Of a stretch of DNA of 64,000 nt, positions 1-11,860 are shown piece by piece. The notes under the pieces are model-generated. The model did not search any database. It had not been told where the DNA came from and was given only the letters and a program-made list of their open reading frames with translations. Origin of the DNA: Balanoglossus misakiensis (taxonomy: Eukaryota; Animalia; Hemichordata); assembly GCA_040954595.2 (NCBI GenBank), contig CM082585.2, positions 4,551,358 through 4,615,357 on the forward strand, in the 5' to 3' direction. Every line of letters begins with the position of its first letter. Position 1 is the stretch's first letter. A program made the position numbers and the translations under genes.

Positions 1-439
1 GTTTTTTGTTGGTCAATAAACAACTGAAACTGTCCAAATTTTGGAATGACCTTTGATCCGATTCTCCCCACTACAACATTCTATATACAGACTTTAAAAA
101 CTAAAAATGATTAGGAATGGGATACATGAACATTTTTGAGGGTCAAAATCTCGCCCTCTGAGATATTAATGCCTTTATATTGGATAGATATACCAGTACC
201 AAATTCCATCGCAAATCTTGAAAACAAGTGAATACTGAATACACGTGGAAAGTCTGACTTCGCTAGTACTGAGACACATTTTGAAACCATCGTTTTTAAT
301 ATTGTTTCAATGCTTGCAGTTGAGTTTGAAGTTTACTGGTGCGGGCGGAGACGAAGTTGTTGTCCGTCTACGAGAAGTTGACAGGCCTGTCACGTACATG
401 TCCCTGGATCACATCAACGAAAGCCCCTCTCAGCCCTTC

Positions 440-495
440 CCGCCAGGTGGCGCCATTCACTGTCCTGATGACCTTTGACCCTAGTTAAAATGGCG
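440..495 (+). promoter_or_regulatory. Proximal promoter module: CTCF-like motif, DR1 nuclear-receptor element and YY1-type start context
   Basis: CCGCCAGGTGGCGC (440-453), TGACCTTTGACCC (469-481) and AAAATGGCGG over the ATG at 490. The CTCF-like motif recurs unchanged at 6729, 14050, 21117, 27305, 32829, 49379, 60666 and 61379. Motif identity is inferred from consensus match only. Confidence 0.55.
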
Positions 496-3202
496 GAAGC
501 TAACAAGCTGCAGACTAGATTGTGGCCGTGGACAACTGGAAACCGAATGGACACCACAACAATTTGCAACCACTTGACAAGTGCTGGTATGTATCTTTTT
601 CCACATATGTTCCTGCTGAGTTCGAAAGATAATGGTTTGCAGTAATTCGGTGACATTCGATCACTTTTTCGATAGTTCAATTAGTTGCTGCTGTTCCGTA
701 GCTCTACCACTCCCCCCCCCCAAAAAAAAAGAAACACCCTACAGCATCGCTGATCGTGAAAGAACACTAATTGTGACTAAAAAGCTATAGATCTCCCAAC
801 ATTTGGATTTGGTTTAATGTTTGTACACAACAAATTACGCACATGTACATAAGCTTAAGACAATCATCGTCCTGTTAATATTCAACAAATGAATTTTGAA
901 GGTTCTTTCTTGGGTGTTACAATGTATGTCCTAAACCAGTGTGTGTGGCAAAAACATGTGAACATAACATACCAGCAGACAGAATGTGAATGAATGTTCA
1001 TGCCTTATTTTTCCAGAATGTTCAGAGGTGTGCAGACTGTACAGAAATTCAAATAAGTTACATGAACTTGGCAGGCTATTGGAAGCATTAAATAGCAAAC
1101 TTAGGCATAAAGTTGAAGCTGGTGCTGAATCCTTTGATGGTAAGTAAGCATCAAGTCTTACTGTTACAATGGAGGTATATAGCTTAGACCTCCATATCAC
1201 TCATCATTTAGTTTCTATCCTGCTGTTTCTTGTCTCTGCAAAGAAAGGTGGCGCATACGAAATAATTCTTTCCAATAATTCGGCCAACAGAGAATAAGAT
1301 TTTTCTTACAAAAAAAAGGATGAAATATTGGCAGAAGTTGCATTTAAATCATGGAGAGAAAAAGAGCTTGTTGCTTTTTGTCGTGGGATATGGCATGGAA
1401 CATTTTCATATGGGTATGCAGTGTTTTTGCTAAGGTTGGGGAACATTGGTAATGGATTTGGGAACCCCGGTAACATTCCTATAACCCCCTAATATAACTC
1501 CATTGATACACCCAGGGGAACCCTGGTAAAATGACTGGGGAACACCGGTAGATTGTACCTAGATACCGCCCTTAACAAAAACACTGGGTATGGTGTTGTT
1601 AACAGTGTTGCGATGAATCTTGCTCTTCGAATATGTGTAAACCCAGCATGTCCTTATTCTACACTTGGTCATTGATAATTTTGCCAAAACTGTATAGTGC
1701 TTATCATAAACCTTCTTGTAAGTAACTACTTTGAGTGAAAAAGCACATCAATTTAACTCTAAAATAAGGATCACTCAATGTTGTGTACTTAAGAAAAAAC
1801 CTTATGAAATCATTTATTTTTTTCTATTTTCTTGATTTTCTAGAGTACAGGTAGTATTTATATTTACACATACAACATGGAGAAAACTAAAAAATTGTTG
1901 TTTGTCCAAACACATACTTGAATAAAAATGTAGGTCAATTTACAGATGTTGCGGAAAAATACATAACCAAAGACTAAAAAGCAACAGAGACCACTTCGCA
2001 TCAAACCCTAGTTGCCACGGAGGCCAACATTTGTAGTGGCAGTACCAAATCAAAATGGCATTTCTCCTATATATCCAAATGTAACTTAAAATAAATGACC
2101 ATGATTACTATTGCTAACATGCATGCATGTCATTTGCATACAAACTGGTGTTATTAACTCTACAGATACATTTGAATTTTTCCCCGTTGAGACAATTTTC
2201 CTAACCTTTCCAGATGTTTGTTTCCATCCAACAGATGTGTCCCTGATAATCCACACCCTGGCACACTTTGGCCATATTGAATTGAATCTACTGGATGATG
2301 TCGTCAGTGGAGATGTTGAACGAGAACTTGGGAGAGCACGGGGGCTGAACCTTGATGGCCAAACTGGACAGTGCCTGAGAGGATCAGTGATTGAAGAGTG
2401 TAGTACCGGTAGTCAGCAAGAACACACAGAGGTCTACACAAGTGAAAGGACATATTCATCCAGTGAATGTGGGAAAACATTTACGCAAACTGGAAATCTG
2501 AAGAGACACATGAGGATCCATACAAAGGAAAGACCATATTCATGCAGTAAATGTGGGAAAACGTTCACACAAAATGGAAATCTGAAGACACACATGGGGA
2601 TCCATACAAAGGAAAGACCATATTCATGCAATAAATGTGGAAAAACGTTTACACAAAATGGAAATCTGAAGACACACATGGGGATCCATACAAAGGAAAG
2701 ACCATATTCATGCAGTAAATGTGGGAAAACGTTCACACAAAATGGAAATCTGAAGACACACATGGGGATCCATACAAAGGAAAGACCATATTCATGCAAT
2801 AAATGTGGGAAAATGTTCACACAAAATGGAAATCTGAAGACACACATGGGGATCCATACAAAGGAAAGACCATATTCATGCAATAAATGTGGGAAAACGT
2901 TTACACAAAATGGAAATCTGAAGACACACATGGGGATCCATACAAAGGAAAGACCATATTCATGCAATAAATGTGGGAAAACGTTCACACAAAATGGAGA
3001 TCTGAAGACACACATGGGGATCCATACAAAGGGAAGACCATATTCATGCAGTAAATGTGGGAAAACGTTTACACAAAATGGAAATCTGAAGACACACATG
3101 GGGATCCATACAAAGGAAAGACCATATTCATGCAGTAAATGTGGGAAAACGTTCACACAAAATGGAAATCTGAAGGTACACATGAGGATCCATACAAACT
3201 AA
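490..3202 (+). CDS. C2H2 zinc-finger gene, copy 1 (exons 490-586, 1017-1139, 2214-3202; 1 degenerate + 8 intact fingers)
   Basis: Donors GTATGT (587) and GTAAGT (1140); acceptors TTTTTCCAG and CTAACCTTTCCAG; both introns phase 1. The splice gives an open frame MAEANKLQTRLWPW...ECSEVCRLY...ESFDDVCFHPTDVSL... into CxxC-x12-HxxxH repeats with TKERP linkers. Confidence 0.88.
1419..1586. mobile_element. 168-bp MITE, CAG...CTG termini, 6-bp TSD (hAT-like)
   Basis: TIR CAGTGTTTTTG(C/T)TAAGG matches 16/17; TSD GGTATG; empty site near 28293; same insertion at 22108-22275. Confidence 0.8.
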
Positions 3203-3500
3203 AGACCCTATTCATGCAATGTGGGAAAACATTTACGAGAACTGGACATCTAAAGGAACACGGCACCAAACAAAAGAATGACCATATTCATGCAGTAAAT
3301 GTGGTAAAACTTTTACTCAGAGGGGCGGTCTGCAGGAAGATACAAGGATCCATACAAATCTAAGACCTTATCCTTGCAGAGCATGTGAGAAAAACATTCA
3401 GAGTTTTAATCTAAAGAAACACAGAATGATCCATACAATTGAAAGTCTGTATTCATGCAATGAGTGTGAGAAAACATTCAATCAAATAGCCATCTAAAGG
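2452..3500 (+). repeat. 84-bp zinc-finger minisatellite with degenerate 3' tail (copy 1; equivalents in copies 2, 4, 5, 6, 7)
   Basis: Near-identical 84-bp units (...GGAAAGACCATATTCATGCA..AAATGTGGGAAAACGTT.ACACAAAATGGA.ATCTGAAG...), followed by frameshifted, diverged fingers after the stop. Confidence 0.95.
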
Positions 3501-3677
3501 AACATACAAATGAAAGACCATATTCTTGAAATGCATGTGGGAAGACATTTACATCAGGAGGCCATTTCCAACAACACATATATAAGGTTCCAGAACAAGA
3601 AATTCCATTTCACTCTAGGAGTCTTTGAATCAAAAAAAAAAGTTTTCTGGTAATTATAAAACTCAGAATCCCCTTAA

Positions 3678-3968
3678 AGCGGGCAGCTCGTCTCACGCTC
3701 ATGCGCGTAACTTCCCAGCAAATTTTCCTGTTCGATGCATTCAAAGAGTGGACTGCCTCTGCTTTCTTCCATATTTCATTCACACCATATAAGTAGATTC
3801 TGGTTTTGTCCCTCCTTTTCACCCAAGCTAGTGTCTTTTCCCGATCTCCGACACAGATTATGGTCGTCGCCATCTTGTGTGAGCACTGCCTTATGGGATT
3901 GACTGTTCACTAAACGTCTGTAACCAGCGGCTACAGTTGGAACATGCGTGTGAGACGAGCTACACGCT
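3678..3968. mobile_element. ~290-bp TTAA-flanked MITE (Kolobok-like), fixed in every unit
   Basis: TTAA|AGCGGGCAGCTCGTCTCAC...GTGAGACGAGCTAC(A/G)CGCT|TTAA, ~26-bp imperfect TIR. Copies at 12040, 17954, 25396, 30983, 40707 and 55878. Confidence 0.75.
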
Positions 3969-4525
3969 TTAAACTAAGCATATATTTTCAGAAAGCTTAG
4001 ATATAGAGGGGAACATTTTGGTTACTTCAGTGTGACAATGCAAGCTGTTCTAACTAAAATACAAAGTGTGCCTGGGATTTAAATTAACCCTGTGGTCTAT
4101 CAATTTGCTCCCCAAAAAATCTAGATAAAAAATACAGTAAATTGTAATCTTGTGTCAATCGCTGGGGCAAATTTCAATAGCCAGGGGTGAAAACTGAACT
4201 CTCCAGGTGCTGCCAAAGACAGCAACCCTCTTCATCACGCTTCGTTACTCGGAATAACATGAAAAACGTTTTTTGACACTCATGTATCATGATTACCTGT
4301 ACATATGTGAAGGACCAGGAGATGCTGTCTTTAAAAAATCTAAGAAATTTCAAATCCTCTCCTTGCAACCGGACATCTTATCGTTACAACCGAATGCCTT
4401 CTCGTGACCTAAACATCCATTCCCATATAAATCCACACCATCTAGCTCCGAAAAGCATGGACCCACCCTAAAGAAGTGCGATCCCAGCTTTGACGTTTAA
4501 CACACGCCATACTTATAATGGCTAA

Positions 4526-4951
4526 TCGCTGGGTTCACATCAAGGCCCATGGCCAGGCAAACTAATCCCGATGATTGTGACAAGATAAGCTAATCTTTAG
4601 TCCCTGGTCACATTGTGTTTGGCACAGTCCTGGCCAACGTCGACTCGCCAACCTTTAACCTTATAAAGCAGAACCATGTTGGTCCTCTTCTGGTTGTTTA
4701 TATGATTTTCACCATTGTCAAACGATAGACTACACTGTTTATGTCAATTGTAAAAGATGTCAACTAGGACCAGAGTCGGACAAAACGTGTCCACACACAC
4801 CAGGCTGGGACCAGAGTCGACCACAAACCACCCTGTTCGACTGGGACCAAAATTGTTCGGACAAGGGTCGGCCAGACCTGTTCACATGTTTTTTTTTGTT
4901 CGGCCGTGCTAGGACAAGGGCCTAGCCTTTTTTGAGTAATGTGAACGGCCT
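4526..4951. mobile_element. Degenerate insertion with TAA TSD (PIF/Harbinger-like)
   Basis: Absent from the sister site GGCTAATGTCAC (18858); flanked by TAA; weak TIR GTTCACAT/ATGTGAAC; truncated copy at ~41521-41890. Confidence 0.5.
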
Positions 4952-5142
4952 TAATGTCCCATTAATTATAATACAAATATCGCTGCTACTAAATTTTTGA
5001 TAACAAACTGACATTGTTTTCGGTATTTCCACCAAAGATTGTTGATTAGACAGGAAATGTGTGATTTTGGATTAAATATATTCAATCTGACTTTGTAGTA
5101 TTCGCGATTGGATATCATCCATAGTGAGTAGGTGGGGCTTAA

Positions 5143-5903
5143 AGGGACTCTCTCTTGCTGCCCCTTTTCCATTAATTATGTTTGATACAAGATACCGTTT
5201 ATGTTATTCTACCCCGGAGACCAGGGCGTTGATTCTAGAATTCCAACGTCCGGTGACAGTCTCTATTTACGCACAGAACGACACGGGTGGTAAATCTTGC
5301 GTGTAAGCTAATTGGTCACTCAATGTAAACCAAATGACATCATCGCATTCTAAATAAGGAAATAGAGGTGGAGTCACCAAGAAATTCCCGCGACGGGATG
5401 TGGGATTGGTTTTGAAGATGTATGAATATTCATAACCAAGCTTTGTAAATTATATCATCCAACCACTGTTGCCCGTCAACATTTGATAGATCACTCGTTA
5501 CCCATTCGTTACTAAGCGACCATGATCGTTGCCATGACTACTATCTTTCAGCTCAGTGGACATTGCTACACTGTCACCGGGCGTTGGAATTCTAGAATCG
5601 ACGCCCTGGTCTCCGGGCTAATGTTATTCTACATGTGGATGTATAGTGAATCAACTTTCTTCCACACACAACTTCCATCCTGTTTGTAGGATATGAGAGT
5701 AAAAATCTCGCCAAAGTGAATAAACGGTAAACACCAATTATTAATTTGGCGAGTTTTTTCACTCTCATGTCTCCAAGTGGGATAGAAGTTGTGTGTGGTT
5801 GAACGTTGATTCACTATATATCCACATGTAGAATAACATAAACAGTGTCTTGTATCAAACATAATTGATGGAAAAAGGACAACGAGAGAGAGACTTTGTC
5901 CCT
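5143..5903. mobile_element. TTAA-flanked fold-back MITE (Kolobok-like, ~340-bp core) containing a nested MITE
   Basis: TTAA|AGGGAC...GTCCCT|TTAA with long imperfect inverted arms. Uninterrupted copies at 12868-13209 and 57284-57614; interrupted copy at 42071-42828. Confidence 0.75.
5210..5620. mobile_element. MITE with TAG...CTA termini and 9-bp TSD (AcademH-like)
   Basis: ~49-bp TIR TA(G/C)CCCGGAGACCAGGGCG...; TSD ATGTTATTC; empty site at 12926; second copy at 42138-42545. Confidence 0.85.
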
Positions 5904-6778
5904 TTAAGTCTTTAGATTGTACATCAGAAATGTATATGAAGTTCATGTTCTACCAAGTGAATTGGGATGTTTATTGTTATCTCATTAAAAGTTGAAACGA
6001 ATATGTATTTGGCCAGGGCTGAACTACTGGCAGAAGAATTGTTAACTGTTCACTGTTTTTGATCAATTCTTACAAGTTTATTTTTGTGTTTTTGTTGTCA
6101 GGCCAATAAACAATCAAAACTTGTTCAATTTCTCTTTTTTAAAATCTGTTGTTTTGTATGAAAAAGATTTTAATTGATGAAGACCCACAATGAACCCAAT
6201 TCATCCAAAACATGGACATGTTTCCGACTACTCTTTAATTGTTTGTATTCTGGTCTTTACGAGTGTCATTATGTGGTTTTTGCTGGTCAATAAACAACTG
6301 AAACTGTCCAAATTTTGGAATGACATTTGATCCAATTCTCCCCACTACAACATTCTATATACAGACTTTAAAAACTAAAAATGATTAGGAATGGGATACA
6401 TGAACATTTTTGGGGGTCAAAATCTCGCCCTCTGAGATATTAATGCCTTTATATTGGACAGATATACCAGTACCAAATTCCATCGCAAATCTTGAAAACA
6501 AGTGAATACTGAATACACGTGGAAAGTCTGACTTCGCTAGTGCTGAGACACATTTTGAAACCATCGTTTTTAATATTGTTTCAATACTTGCAGTTGAGTT
6601 TGAAGTTTACTGGTGCGGGCGGAGACGACGTTGTTGTCCGTCTATAGGAAGTTGACCGGCCTTTCATGTATTACGTACATGTCCGGGTCACATTCCAACG
6701 AAAGAACGAAAGCCCCTCCCAGCCCTTTCCGCCAGGTGGCGCTATTCACTGACCTAATGACCTTTGACCCTAGTTAAA

Positions 6779-9700
6779 ATGGCGGAAGCTAACACGCTGC
6801 AGTCTAGAGTGTGTCCGTGGACAACTGGAAACCGAATGGGCGCCACACCAATTTGCAACCACTTGACAAGTGCTGGTATGTATCTTTTTCCACATCTGTT
6901 CCTGCTGAGTTCGAAAGATAATGGTTTGCAGTAATTCGGTGACATTCGATCACTTTTTCGATAGTTCAATTTGTTGCTGCTGTTCCGTAGCTCTACCACT
7001 CCCCCCCAAAGAAACAACCTACAGCATCGCTGATCGTGAAAGAACACTAATAATAATTGTGACAAAAAAGCAATATATCTCCCAAAATCATATGCAATTG
7101 CAAGAACATTTGGATTTGGTGTAATGTTTGTACACACCAAATTACGCACATACGATCATCAAGCTTAAACTTTGTTGCAGTTTTGCAGCACCTCCGTTTC
7201 CCCTGGACGATTTTTGTTTTTGCGGGGAGAGGGCGAGGCTGCAGGCCGAGCTATTCTAAACTGCTCAACAACGATCGAGAATTCGGTCGGAGCGAATTTC
7301 TACACTACAGTCCACAATTTTCCACAATTTTCTCGGCAACTGGCCTTACTGGGTCCCGGAACCCATTCCACACTTGCGTGGCAAAGGATGTCACGGTATT
7401 TGTCGATTTTGCCTATGTTTTCCCAGTTCTTCAACCAAAATTGGCAATGGGTTTCAAAACAGCCGCCATCTTGACAAAAACAAAAATCGCCCAAGGAAGA
7501 CGGAGGGGCTGCAAAACTGCAGCAAGCTTAAACTTCATCCATAGACATATCATTATTCTCACTGTTAATATTCAACAAATGAATTTTGAAGGTTCTTTCT
7601 TGGGTGTTACAATGTATGTCCTAAACCAGTGTGTGTGGCAAAAACATGTAAACATAACATACCAGCAGACAGAGTGTGAATGAATGTTCATTCCTTATTT
7701 TTCCAGAATGTTCAGAGGTGTGCAGACTGTACAGAAATTCAAATAAGTTAAATGAACTTGGCAGGCTATTGGAAGCATTAAATAGCAAACTTAGGCATAA
7801 AGTTGAAGCTGGTGCTGAATCATTTGATGGTAAGTAAGCATCAAGTCTTATTATAACACACCATGCAGCGAACCCTCGATCGTGATTCGTCAATACGACG
7901 TCACGTGACCTTAGTCATTTCGAACTGTTGCCTGGGGCATCAGTTCGATCGGTTTGGTGTGTTATAAAACACATGATGGCTGACATATTCGGGCAACAGT
8001 GTATTTTTAATGACCTCGGGACTGCCAGTCACACCAAAACAGTCTGTTTTCCCTCGGGCTATGCCCTCGGGAAAACAAGACTGTTTTAGTTGTGACTAGC
8101 AGCACCCTCGGTCATAGTCTAGAATCTATCCGTTCGTAGTCGCATTCACCCTACTACCGTCTAGGAACGCCTAACCAAAATCTAGTAAGGCCATAAAAAT
8201 GGTAATTTGAATGTGAATAGTCTCCAACTGAGCAGTCTGACGTCAGAGAAGTCAATCACTTACGTTGACCGACTACAGATTGGCCGTTGATGGCATGGGT
8301 GTTTCTTCATTATTATTCATATATGCCCAATTATGGCACATGTTGCGGCTGCATTGTGTTTACAATGTAGTTCCGCCCCGAATGATACATAATCATGATC
8401 ACGTGGTGACGCTTGACGTCAGATTGCTCAGTTGGAGACTATTCACATTCAAATTACCATTTTTATGGCCTTACTAGATTTTGGTTAGGCGTTCCTAGAC
8501 GGTAGTAGGGTGAATGCGACTACGAACGGAGAGATTCTAGACTACCTCGGTCATCAAAATACACTGTTGCCCTCATTGTCAGTCATCATGTGTATACTGT
8601 TACAATGGCGATATATAGCTTAGAGTACAGGTAGTATTTATATTTACACATACAACATGGAGAAAACTAAAAAATTGTTGCTTGTCCAAACACATACTTC
8701 AATACAAAATGTAGGTCAATTTACAGATGTTGCGGAAAAATACATACCCAAAGACTAAAAAGCAACAGAGACCACTTCACATCAAACACTAGTTGCCACG
8801 GAGCCTAACATTTGTAGTGGCAGTACCAAATCAAAATCGCATTTCTCCTATATATCCAAATGTAACTTAAAATAAATGACCATGATTACTATTGCTAACA
8901 TGCATGCATGTCATTTGCATACACACTGGTGTTATTAACTCTACAGATACATTTGAATTTTTCCCCATTGAGACAATTTTTCTAACCTTTCCAGATGTTT
9001 GTTTCCATCCAACAGATGTGTCCCTGATAATTCACACCCTGGCACACTTTGGCCATATTGAACTGAACCCACTGGATGATGTCATCAGTGGAGATGTTGA
9101 ACAAGAACTTGAGAGAGCACGGGTGCTGAACCTTGATGGCCAAACTGGACAGTGCCTAAGAGGATCAGTAATTGAAGAGTGTTGTACAAGTAGTCAGCAA
9201 GAACACACAGAGGTCTACACAAGTGAAAGGACATATTCATCCAGTGAATGTGGGAAAACATTTACGCAAACTGGAAATCTGAAGGTACACATGAGGATCC
9301 ATACAAAGGAAAGACCATTCGTTTGCAGTAAATGTGGGAAAACGTTTACACAAAATGGAGATCTGAAGGTACACATGAGGATCCATACAAAGGAAAGACC
9401 ATATTCATGCAATCAATGTGGGAAAACTTTTGCGCTAAATGGAAATCTGAAGAAGCACATGAGGATCCATACAAAGGAAAGACCATATTCATGCAATCAA
9501 TGTGGGAAAATGTTTGCACGAAATGGAAATCTGAAGGTACACATGAGGATCCATACAAAGGAAAGACCATATTCATGCAATCAATGTGGGAAAATGTTCA
9601 CACAAACTGGAGATCTGAAGGTACACATGAGGATCCATACAAAGGAAAGACCATATTCATGCAATCAATGTGGGAAAACTTTTGCGCTAAATGGAAATCT

Positions 9701-10655
9701 GAAGAAGCACATGAGGATCCATACAAAGGAAAGACCATATTCATGCAATCAATGTGGGAAAATGTTTGCACGAAATGGAAATCTGAAGGTACACATGAGG
9801 ATCCATACTAAGGAAAGACCATATTCATGCAATCAATGTGGGAAAGCGTTCACACAAAATGGAAATCTGAAGAAACACATGAGCATCCATACAAAGGAAA
9901 GACCATATTCATGCAATCAATGTGGGAAAGCGTTCACACAAACTGGAGATCTGAAGGTACACATGAGGATCCATACTAAGGAAAGACCATATTCATGCAA
10001 TCAATGTGGGAAAATGTTTACACGAAATGGAAATCTGAAGGTACACATGAGGATCCATACAAAGGAAAGACCATATTCATGCAATCAATGTGGGAAAATG
10101 TTCACACAAACTGGAGATCTGAAGGTACACATGAGGATCCATACTAAGGAAAGACCATATTCATGCAATCAATGTGGGAAAGCGTTCACACAAAATGGAA
10201 ATCTGAAGAAACACATGAGCATCCATACAAAGGAAAGACCATATTCATGCAATCAATGTGGGAAAGCGTTCACACAAACTGGAGATCTGAAGGTACACAT
10301 GAGGATCCATACTAAGGAAAGACCATATTCATGCAATCAATGTGGGAAAATGTTTACACGAAATGGAAATCTGAAGGTACACATGAGGATCCATACAAAG
10401 GAAAGACCATATTCATGCAATCAATGTGGGAAAATGTTCACACAAACTGGAGATCTGAAGGTACACATGAGGATCCATACTAAGGAAAGACCATATTCAT
10501 GCAATCAATGTGGGAAAGCGTTTACACAAAATGGAAATCTGAAGAGGCACATGAGGATCCATACAAAGGAAAGACCATATTCATGCAATCAATGTGGGAA
10601 AACATTTACGCGAACTGGACATCTGAAGAAGCACATGAGGATCCATACAAAGTAA
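6779..10655 (+). CDS. C2H2 zinc-finger gene, copy 2 (exons 6779-6875, 7707-7829, 8995-10655; 1 degenerate + 16 intact fingers)
   Basis: Same splice sites and phases as copy 1, with an open spliced frame. Further out-of-frame fingers continue to ~11860. Confidence 0.88.
7172..7525. mobile_element. 354-bp MITE, ~50-bp TIR, 9-bp TSD
   Basis: TTG(T/C)TGCAGTTTTGCAGC...; TSD GCTTAAACT (7163-7171 and 7526-7534); empty site ATCAAGCTTAAACTTCATCC at 14494. Confidence 0.85.
7851..8596. mobile_element. Asymmetric hairpin element (short IR pair + large palindrome; Crypton-type tentative)
   Basis: Absent at sister sites TCTTA|CTGTT. TTATAACACACC/GGTGTGTTATAA pair, then palindrome ACACATGAT...ATCATGTGT; no TSD longer than TA. 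Confidence 0.65.
8115..8544. mobile_element. 430-bp MITE, TAG...CTA termini, ~130-bp TIR, 9-bp TSD (AcademH-like), nested
   Basis: TIR TAGTCTAGAATCT(A/C)TCCGTTCGTAGTCGC...; TSD CCTCGGTCA (8106-8114 and 8545-8553). Confidence 0.9.
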
Positions 10656-11860
10656 AGACCCTATTCATGCAATGAATGTGGGAAAACGTTTACACAAAAT
10701 GGAGATCTGAAGAAGCACATGAGGATCCATACAAAGGAAAGACCATATTCATGCAATCAATGTGGGAAAACATTTACGCGAACTGGACATCTGAAGAAGC
10801 ACATGAGGATCCAAACAAAGGAAAGACCATATTCATGCAATGTGGGAAAACATTGACGCGAACTGGACATCTAAAGAAACACATGAGGATCCATATAAAC
10901 TAAAGACCGTATTCATGCAATGTGGGAAAACATTTACGCGAACTGGACATCTAAAGAAACACATGAGGATCCATATAAACTAAAGACCCTATTCATGCAA
11001 TGTGGGAAAACATTTACGCGAACTGGACATCTAAAGAAACACATGAGGATCCATACAAAGGAAAGACCATATTCATGCAATCAATGTGGGAAAATGTTCA
11101 CACAAACTGGAGATCTGAAGGTACACATGAGGATCCATACAAAGGAAAGACCATATTCATGCAATGAATGTGGGAAAACTTTTGCACTAAATGGAAATCT
11201 GAAGAGACACATGAGGATCCATACAAAGGAAAGACCATATTCATGCAGTAAATGTGGGAAAGCGTTTATACAAAATGGAGATCTGAAGAAGCACATGAGG
11301 ATCCTTACAAAGGAAAGACCATATTCATGCAATAAATGTGGGAAAGCGTTTACACAAAATGGACATCTAAAGAAACACATGAGGATCCATACAAACTAAA
11401 GACCCTATTCATGCAATGTGGGAAAACATTTACGCGAACTGGACATCTAAAGAAACACATGAGGATCCATATAAACTAAAGACCCTATTCATGCAATGTG
11501 GGAAAACATTTACGCGAACTGGACATCTAAAGAAACACATGAGGATCCATATAAACTAAAGACCCTATTCATGCAATGTGGGAAAACATTTACGCGAACT
11601 GGACATCTAAAGAAAACATGAGGATCCATACAAAGTAAAGACCATATTCATGCAATGAATGTGGTAAAACTTTTACTCAGAGGGGCGGTCTGCAGGAAGA
11701 TACAAGGATCCATACAAATTTAAGACCCTATCCTTGCAGAGAATGTGAGAAAAACATTCAGAGTTTCAATCTAAAGAAACACAGAATGATCCATACAATT
11801 GAAAGTCTGTATTCATGCAATGAGTGTAGGAAAACATTCAATCAAATAGCCATGTAAAGG
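10656..11860 (+). pseudogene. Untranslated zinc-finger repeats downstream of the copy 2 stop (84-bp and 80-bp units)
   Basis: Stop-carrying 80-bp units (AACTAAAGACC, 4-nt deletion) flank four 84-bp fingers in one frame (~11065-11399, one with H>L). Confidence 0.75.

Noticed and set aside
245-1200. Recurrent short ORFs MESLTSLVLRH... (+), MNYRKSDRMSP... (-) and the exon 2 antisense ORFs
   Set aside because: They recur only because the unit is repeated. Starts are non-ATG, lengths vary, frameshifts occur between copies, and they overlap the promoter or the real exons.
1843-1849. Possible 7-nt microexon AGTACAG after a polypyrimidine tract
   Set aside because: It would shift the frame, has a weak donor, and its acceptor tract is deleted in copies 2, 6 and 7.
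2111-2213. N-termini given by the ORF track for the ZF ORFs (MLTCMHV..., MRTAC..., MLTAC...)
   Set aside because: They begin at TTG, lie in intron 2 upstream of a clear branch point and acceptor, and change frame between copies.
2452-3202. 84-bp repeats as a CRISPR array
   Set aside because: Contiguous coding repeats without unique spacers, no cas genes, and spliceosomal-intron context.
490-3202. Identification as PRDM9 or a KRAB-ZNF
   Set aside because: No PR/SET, SSXRD or KRAB motif in any unit; only the array behaviour is similar.
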